Shown here: positions 55,301 to 64,000 of the stretch, piece by piece
How the letters are laid out: the number at the start of each line of letters is the position of its first letter
Position numbering within the stretch: the first letter of the stretch is position 1
Assembly: GCA_046563655.1 (NCBI GenBank)
Contig: CM102289.1
Coordinates: 806,001 to 870,000, forward strand
DNA length: 64,000 bases
Source of the DNA: Yuukianura sp. NJ FZ-2021
Taxonomy: Eukaryota
Direction of reading: 5' to 3'
The notes under the pieces: generated by a model
Databases searched by the model: none
The model's input: the letters and a program-made list of their open reading frames with translations, nothing else
What the model was told of the DNA's origin: nothing
Position numbers and translations under genes: made by a program

Positions 55301-58300
55301 TTAAATACTCCTCAAAAAGTCATTCTGGGCTATCTGAGATGTCAAAATTGCAAACCGAGATTATGCTTGTGAAAGCCCATCTGAAGTGTTCCAAGCTCAA
55401 TTTTTCACCAAAAAAATATTTTTTTCATTAAATACTCCTCAAAAAGTCATTCTGGGCTATCTGAGATGTCAAAATTGCAAACCGAGATTATGCTTGTGAA
55501 AGCCCATCTGACGTGTTCCAAGCTCAATTTTTCACCAAAAAATTATTTTTTTCATTAAATACTCCTCAAAAAGTCATTCTGGGCTATCTGAGATGTCAAA
55601 ATTGCAAACCGAGATTATGCTTGTGAAAGCCCATCTGAAGTGTTCCAAGCTCAATTTTTCACCAAAAAATTATTTTTTTCATTAAATACTCCTCAAAAAG
55701 TCATTCTGGGCTATCTGAGATGTCAAAATTGCAAACCGAGATTATGCTTGTGAAAGCCCATCTGAAGTGTTCCAAGCTCAATTTTTCACCAAAAAATTAT
55801 TTTTTTCATTAAATACTCCTCAAAAAGTCATTCTGGGCTATCTGAGATGTCAAAATTGCAAACCGAGATTATGCTTGTGAAAGCCCATCTGAAGTGTTCC
55901 AAGCTCAATTTTTCACCAAAAAATATTTTTTTCATTAAATACTCCTCAAAAAGTCATTCTGGGCTATCTGAGATGTCAAAATTGCAAACCGAGATTATGC
56001 TTGTGAAAGCCCATCTGAAGTGTTCCAAGCTCAATTTTTCACCAAAAAATTATTTTTTTCATTAAATACTCCTCAAAAAGTCATTCTGGGCTATCTGAGA
56101 TGTCAAAATTGCAAACCGAGATTATGCTTGTGAAAGCCCATCTGAAGTGTTCCAAGCTCAATTTTTCTCCGAAAAATCCATTTTTTTCATTTATAACTCA
56201 CCAAAAAGTCATTCTGGGCTATCTGAGATGTCAAAATTGCAAACCGAGATTATGCTTGTGAAAGCCCATCTGAAGTGTTCCAAGCTCAATTTTTCACCAA
56301 AAAATATTTTTGTTCATTAAATACTCCTCAAAAAGTCATTCTGGGCTATCTGAGATGTCAAAATTGCAAACCGAGATTATGCTTGTGAAAGCCCATCTGA
56401 AGTGTTCCAAGCTCAATTTTTCACCAAAAAATTATTTTTTTCATTAAATACTCCTCAAAAAGTCATTCTGGGCTATCTGAGATGTCAAAATTGCAAACCG
56501 AGATTATGCTTGTGAAAGCCCATCTGAAGTGTTCCAAGCTCAATTTTTCACCAAAAAATTATTTTTTTCATTAAATACTCCTCAAAAAGTCATTCTGGGC
56601 TATCTGAGATGTCAAAATTGCAAACCGAGATTATGCTTCTGAAAGCCCATCTGAAGTGTTCCAAGCTCAATTTTTCACCAAAAAAATATTTTTTTCATTA
56701 AATACTCCTCAAAAAGTCATTCTGGGCTATCTGAGATGTCAAAATTGCAAACCGAGATTATGCTTGTGAAAGCCCATCTGAAGTGTTCCAAGCTCAATTT
56801 TTCACCAAAAAATTATTTTTTTCATTAAATACTCCTCAAAAAGTCATTCTGGGCTATCTGAGATGTCAAAATTGCAAACCGAGATTATGCTTGTGAAAGC
56901 CCATCTGAAGTGTTCCAAGCTCAATTTTTCACCAAAAAATTATTTTTTTCATTAAATACTCCTCAAAAAGTCATTCTGGGCTATCTGAGATGTCAAAATT
57001 GCAAACCGAGATTATGCTTGTGAAAGCCCATCTGAAGTGTTCCAAGCTCAATTTTTCACCAAAAAATTATTTTTTTCATTAAATACTCCTCAAAAAGTCA
57101 TTCTGGGCTATCTGAGATGTCAAAATTGCAAACCGAGATTATGCTTGTGAAAGCCCATCTGAAGTGTTCCAAGCTCAATTTTTCACCAAAAAATTATTTT
57201 TTTCATTAAATACTCCTCAAAAAGTCATTCTGGGCTATCTGAGATGTCAAAATTGCAAACCGAGATTATGCTTGTGAAAGCCCATCTGAAGTGTTCCAAG
57301 CTCAATTTTTCACCAAAAAATTATTTTTTTCATTAAATACTCCTCAAAAAGTCATTCTGGGCTATCTGAGATGTCAAAATTGCAAACCGAGATTATGCTT
57401 CTGAAAGCCCATCTGAAGTGTTCCAAGCTCAATTTTTCACCAAAAAATTATTTTTTTCATTAAATACTCCTCAAAAAGTCATTCTGGGCTATCTGAGATG
57501 TCAAAATTGCAAACCGAGATTATGCTTGTGAAAGCCCATCTGAAGTGTTCCAAGCTCAATTTTTCACCAAAAAATTATTTTTTTCATTAAATACTCCTCA
57601 AAAAGTCATTCTGGGCTATCTGAGATGTCAAAATTGCAAACCGAGATTATGCTTGTGAAAGCCCATCTGAAGTGTTCCAAGCTCAATTTTTCACCAAAAA
57701 ATATTTTTGTTCATTAAATACTCCTCAAAAAGTCATTCTGGGCTATCTGAGATGTCAAAATTGCAAACCGAGATTATGCTTCTGAAAGCCCATCTGAAGT
57801 GTTCCAAGCTCAATTTTTCACCAAAAAAATATTTTTTTCATTAAATACTCCTCAAAAAGTCATTCTGGGCTATCTGAGATGTCAAAATTGCAAACCGAGA
57901 TTATGCTTGTGAAAGCCCATCTGACGTGTTCCAAGCTCAATTTTTCACCAAAAAATTATTTTTTTCATTAAATACTCCTCAAAAAGTCATTCTGGGCTAT
58001 CTGAGATGTCAAAATTGCAAACCGAGATTATGCTTGTGAAAGCCCATCTGAAGTGTTCCAAGCTCAATTTTTCACCAAAAAATTATTTTTTTCATTAAAT
58101 ACTCCTCAAAAAGTCATTCTGGGCTATCTGAGATGTCAAAATTGCAAACCGAGATTATGCTTGTGAAAGCCCATCTGAAGTGTTCCAAGCTCAATTTTTC
58201 ACCAAAAAATTATTTTTGTTCATTAAATACTCCTTAAAAAGTCATTCTGGGCTATCTGAGATGGCAAAATTGCAAACCGAGATTATGCTTCTGAAAGCCC

Positions 58301-61300
58301 ATCTGAAGTGTTCCAAGCTCAATTTTTCTCCGAAAAATCCATTTTTTTCATTTATAACTCACCAAAAAGTCATTCTGGGCTATCTGAGATGTCAAAATTG
58401 CAAACCGAGATTATGCTTGTGAAAGCCCATCTGACGTGTTCCAAGCTCAATTTTTCACCAAAAAATTATTTTTTTCATTAAATACTCCTCAAAAAGTCAT
58501 TCTGGGCTATCTGAGATGTCAAAATTGCAAACCGAGATTATGCTTGTGAAAGCCCATCTGAAGTGTTCCAAGCTCAATTTTTCACCAAAAAATTATTTTT
58601 TTCATTAAATACTCCTCAAAAAGTCATTCTGGGCTATCTGAGATGTCAAAATTGCAAACCGAGATTATGCTTGTGAAAGCCCATCTGAAGTGTTCCAAGC
58701 TCAATTTTTCACCAAAAAATATTTTTTTCATTAAATACTCCTCAAAAAGTCATTCTGGGCTATCTGAGATGTCAAAATTGCAAACCGAGATTATGCTTGT
58801 GAAAGCCCATCTGAAGTGTTCCAAGCTCAATTTTTCACCAAAAAATTATTTTTTTCATTAAATACTCCTCAAAAAGTCATTCTGGGCTATCTGAGATGTC
58901 AAAATTGCAAACCGAGATTATGCTTGTGAAAGCCCATCTGAAGTGTTCCAAGCTCAATTTTTCACCAAAAAAATATTTTTTTCATTAAATACTCCTCAAA
59001 AAGTCATTCTGGGCTATCTGAGATGTCAAAATTGCAAACCGAGATTATGCTTGTGAAAGCCCATCTGAAGTGTTCCAAGCTCAATTTTTCACCAAAAAAT
59101 TATTTTTTTCATTAAATACTCCTCAAAAAGTCATTCTGGGCTATCTGAGATGTCAAAATTGCAAACCGAGATTATGCTTCTGAAAGCCCATCTGAAGTGT
59201 TCCAAGCTCAATTTTTCACCAAAAAATTATTTTTTTCATTAAATACTCCTCAAAAAGTCATTCTGGGCTATCTGAGATGTCAAAATTGCAAACCGAGATT
59301 ATGCTTGTGAAAGCCCATCTGACGTGTTCCAAGCTCAATTTTTCACCAAAAAATTATTTTTTTCATTAAATACTCCTCAAAAAGTCATTCTGGGCTATCT
59401 GAGATGTCAAAATTGCAAACCGAGATTATGCTTGTGAAAGCCCATCTGAAGTGTTCCAAGCTCAATTTTTCACCAAAAAATTATTTTTTTCATTAAATAC
59501 TCCTCAAAAAGTCATTCTGGGCTATCTGAGATGTCAAAATTGCAAACCGAGATTATGCTTGTGAAAGCCCATCTGAAGTGTTCCAAGCTCAATTTTTCAC
59601 CAAAAAAATATTTTTGTTCATTAAATACTCCTCAAAAAGTCATTCTGGGCTATCTGAGATGTCAAAATTGCAAACCGAGATTATGCTTGTGAAAGCCCAT
59701 CTGAAGTGTTCCAAGCTCAATTTTTCACCAAAAAAATATTTTTTTCATTAAATACTCCTCAAAAAGTCATTCTGGGCTATCTGAGATGTCAAAATTGCAA
59801 ACCGAGATTATGCTTGTGAAAGCCCATCTGAAGTGTTCCAAGCTCAATTTTTCACCAAAAAATTATTTTTTTCATTAAATACTCCTCAAAAAGTCATTCT
59901 GGGCTATCTGAGATGTCAAAATTGCAAACCGAGATTATGCTTGTGAAAGCCCATCTGAAGTGTTCCAAGCTCAATTTTTCACCGAAAAATCCATTTTTTT
60001 CATTTATAACTCACCAAAAAGTCATTCTGGGCTATCTGAGATGTCAAAATTGCAAACCGAGATTATGCTTGTGAAAGCCCATCTGAAGTGTTCCAAGCTC
60101 AATTTTTCACCAAAAAATATTTTTGTTCATTAAATACTCCTCAAAAAGTCATTCTGGGCTATCTGAGATGTCAAAATTGCAAACCGAGATTATGCTTCTG
60201 AAAGCCCATCTGAAGTGTTCCAAGCTCAATTTTTCACCAAAAAATTATTTTTTTCATTAAATACTCCTCAAAAAGTCATTCTGGGCTATCTGAGATGTCA
60301 AAATTGCAAACCGAGATTATGCTTGTGAAAGCCCATCTGAAGTGTTCCAAGCTCAATTTTTCTCCGAAAAATCCATTTTTTTCATTAAATACTCACCAAA
60401 AAGTCATTCTGGGCTATCTGAGATGTCAAAATTGCAAACCGAGATTATGCTTGTGAAAGCCCATCTGAAGTGTTCCAAGCTCAATTTTTCACCAAAAAAT
60501 ATTTTTGTTCATTAAATACTCCTCAAAAAGTCATTCTGGGCTATCTGAGATGTCAAAATTGCAAACCGAGATTATGCTTGTGAAAGCCCATCTGAAGTGT
60601 TCCAAGCTCAATTTTTCACCAAAAAATTATTTTTTTCATTAAATACTCCTCAAAAAGTCATTCTGGGCTATCTGAGATGTCAAAATTGCAAACCGAGATT
60701 ATGCTTGTGAAAGCCCATCTGAAGTGTTCCAAGCTCAATTTTTCACCAAAAAATTATTTTTTTCATTAAATACTCCTCAAAAAGTCATTCTGGGCTATCT
60801 GAGATGTCAAAATTGCAAACCGAGATTATGCTTGTGAAAGCCCATCTGAAGTGTTCCAAGCTCAATTTTTCACCAAAAAATTATTTTTTTCATTAAATAC
60901 TCCTCAAAAAGTCATTCTGGGCTATCTGAGATGTCAAAATTGCAAACCGAGATTATGCTTGTGAAAGCCCATCTGAAGTGTTCCAAGCTCAATTTTTCAC
61001 CAAAAAATTATTTTTGTTCATTAAATACTCCTCAAAAAGTCATTCTGGGCTATCTGAGATGTCAAAATTGCAAACCGAGATTATGCTTGTGAAAGCCCAT
61101 CTGAAGTGTTCCAAGCTCAATTTTTCACCAAAAAATTATTTTTTTCATTAAATACTCCTCAAAAAGTCATTCTGGGCTATCTGAGATGTCAAAATTGCAA
61201 ACCGAGATTATGCTTGTGAAAGCCCATCTGAAGTGTTCCAAGCTCAATTTTTCACCAAAAAATTATTTTTTTCATTAAATACTCCTCAAAAAGTCATTCT

Positions 61301-64000
61301 GGGCTATCTGAGATGTCAAAATTGCAAACCGAGATTATGCTTGTGAAAGCCCATCTGAAGTGTTCCAAGCTCAATTTTTCACCAAAAAATTATTTTTTTC
61401 ATTAAATACTCCTCAAAAAGTCATTCTGGGCTATCTGAGATGTCAAAATTGCAAACCGAGATTATGCTTGTGAAAGCCCATCTGAAGTGTTCCAAGCTCA
61501 ATTTTTCACCAAAAAATATTATTGTTCAATTAATACTCCTCAAAAAGTCATTCTGGGCTATCTGAGATGTCAAAATTGCAAACCGAGATTATGCTTGTGA
61601 AAGCCCATCTGAAGTGTTCCAAGCTCAATTTTTCACCAAAAAATTATTTTTTTCATTAAATACTCCTCAAAAAGTCATTCTGGGCTATCTGAGATGTCAA
61701 AATTGCAAACCGAGATTATGCTTGTGAAAGCCCATCTGAAGTGTTCCAAGCTCAATTTTTCACCAAAAAATTATTTTTTTCATTAAATACTCCTCAAAAA
61801 GTCATTCTGGGCTATCTGAGATGTCAAAATTGCAAACCGAGATTATGCTTGTGAAAGCCCATCTGAAGTGTTCCAAGCTCAATTTTTCACCAAAAAATAT
61901 TTTTTTCATTAAATACTCCTCAAAAAGTCATTCTGGGCTATCTGAGATGTCAAAATTGCAAACCGAGATTATGCTTGTGAAAGCCCATCTGAAGTGTTCC
62001 AAGCTCAATTTTTCACCAAAAAATTATTTTTTTCATTAAATACTCCTCAAAAAGTCATTCTGGGCTATCTGAGATGTCAAAATTGCAAACCGAGATTATG
62101 CTTGTGAAAGCCCATCTGAAGTGTTCCAAGCTCAATTTTTCACCAAAAAATTATTTTTTTCATTAAATACTCCTCAAAAAGTCATTCTGGGCTATCTGAG
62201 ATGTCAAAATTGCAAACCGAGATTATGCTTGTGAAAGCCCATCTGAAGTGTTCCAAGCTCAATTTTTCACCAAAAAATTATTTTTTTCATTAAATACTCC
62301 TCAAAAAGTCATTCTGGGCTATCTGAGATGTCAAAATTGCAAACCGAGATTATGCTTGTGAAAGCCCATCTGAAGTGTTCCAAGCTCAATTTTTCACCAA
62401 AAAATTATTTTTTTCATTAAATACTCCTCAAAAAGTCATTCTGGGCTATCTGAGATGTCAAAATTGCAAACCGAGATTATGCTTGTGAAAGCCCATCTGA
62501 AGTGTTCCAAGCTCAATTTTTCACCAAAAAAAATATTTTTTTCATTAAATACTCCTCAAAAAGTCATTCTGGGCTATCTGAGATGTCAAAATTGCAAACC
62601 GAGATTATGCTTGTGAAAGCCCATCTGAAGTGTTCCAAGCTCAATTTTTCACCAAAAAAATATTTTTTTCATTAAATACTCCTCAAAAAGTCATTCTGGG
62701 CTATCTGAGATGTCAAAATTGCAAACCGAGATTATGCTTGTGAAAGCCCATCTGAAGTGTTCCAAGCTCAATTTTTCACCAAAAAATTATTTTTTTCATT
62801 AAATACTCCTCAAAAAGTCATTCTGGGCTATCTGAGATGTCAAAATTGCAAACCGAGATTATGCTTGTGAAAGCCCATCTGAAGTGTTCCAAGCTCAATT
62901 TTTCACCAAAAAATTATTTTTTTCATTAAATACTCCTCAAAAAGTCATTCTGGGCTATCTGAGATGTCAAAATTGCAAACCGAGATTATGCTTGTGAAAG
63001 CCCATCTGAAGTGTTCCAAGCTCAATTTTTCACCAAAAAATTATTTTTTTCATTAAATACTCCTCAAAAAGTCATTCTGGGCTATCTGAGATGTCAAAAT
63101 TGCAAACCGAGATTATGCTTGTGAAAGCCCATCTGAAGTGTTCCAAGCTCAATTTTTCACCAAAAAATTATTTTTTTCATTAAATACTCCTCAAAAAGTC
63201 ATTCTGGGCTATCTGAGATGTCAAAATTGCAAACCGAGATTATGCTTGTGAAAGCCCATCTGAAGTGTTCCAAGCTCAATTTTTCACCAAAAAATATTTT
63301 TTTCATTAAATACTCCTCAAAAAGTCATTCTGGGCTATCTGAGATGTCAAAATTGCAAACCGAGATTATGCTTGTGAAAGCCCATCTGAAGTGTTCCAAG
63401 CTCAATTTTTCACCAAAAAATTATTTTTTTCATTAAATACTCCTCAAAAAGTCATTCTGGGCTATCTGAGATGTCAAAATTGCAAACCGAGATTATGCTT
63501 GTGAAAGCCCATCTGAAGTGTTCCAAGCTCAATTTTTCACCAAAAAATATTTTTTTCATTAAATACTCCTCAAAAAGTCATTCTGGGCTATCTGAGATGT
63601 CAAAATTGCAAACCGAGATTATGCTTGTGAAAGCCCATCTGAAGTGTTCCAAGCTCAATTTTTCACCAAAAAATTATTTTTTTCATTAAATACTCCTCAA
63701 AAAGTCATTCTGGGCTATCTGAGATGTCAAAATTGCAAACCGAGATTATGCTTGTGAAAGCCCATCTGAAGTGTTCCAAGCTCAATTTTTCACCAAAAAA
63801 TCATTTTTTTCATTATAACTCCTCAAAATGTCATTCTGGGCTATCTGAGATGTCAAAATTGCAAACCGAGATTATGCTTGTGAAAGCCCATCTGAAGTGT
63901 TCCAAGCTCAATTTTTCACCAAAAAATATTTTTTTCATTAAATACTCCTCAAAAAGTCATTCTGGGCTATCTGAGATGTCAAAATTGCAAACCGAGATTA
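25356..64000. repeat. 127-bp satellite DNA, main array (~300 monomers, runs off the window)
   Basis: Uninterrupted head-to-tail monomers in one orientation. Variation is limited to a few sites (CTTG/CTGA, TGAA/CGTG, and A/T-run lengths giving 126-128 bp units). Confidence 0.99.

Noticed and set aside
25191..63689. Dozens of MSKLQTEIMLVKAHLKCSKLNFSPK ORFs
   Set aside because: Translations of the satellite. They lengthen only where a monomer is 126 bp, so they are not genes.
21083..64000. CRISPR-like array
   Set aside because: No unique spacers, eukaryotic context and no cas genes. It is a plain tandem satellite.

Overview
AT-rich eukaryotic genomic DNA with short GT-AG introns. The neuropeptide sequences suggest an arthropod (hexapod or crustacean); this is inference. 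The first ~21 kb is unique or TE-rich sequence. It holds two intact convergent genes: a myoinhibitory peptide/allatostatin-B precursor (+, 15145-17050) and complex I 51-kDa subunit NDUFV1 (-, 18245-20448, 9 coding exons). It also holds an inverted intron-containing NDUFV1 fragment, a tRNA-derived SINE with a 13-bp TSD, a 50-bp TA-flanked foldback element and short Helentron/HINE end remnants. From 21083 to the window end lies a very homogeneous 127-bp satellite array. It is interrupted once (22835-25355) by an internally deleted Helentron-type element with both termini intact and a frameshifted, intron-containing DUF6570-like ORF. The least explained feature is at ~2.9-6.2 kb on the minus strand: a duplicated, GC-rich, apparently spliced non-coding locus (two homologous donor exons, two homologous terminal exons). 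Its copies differ by substitutions that preserve base pairing, so it is a candidate structured ncRNA that I cannot assign to a known family. All coordinates and alignments were read by eye.
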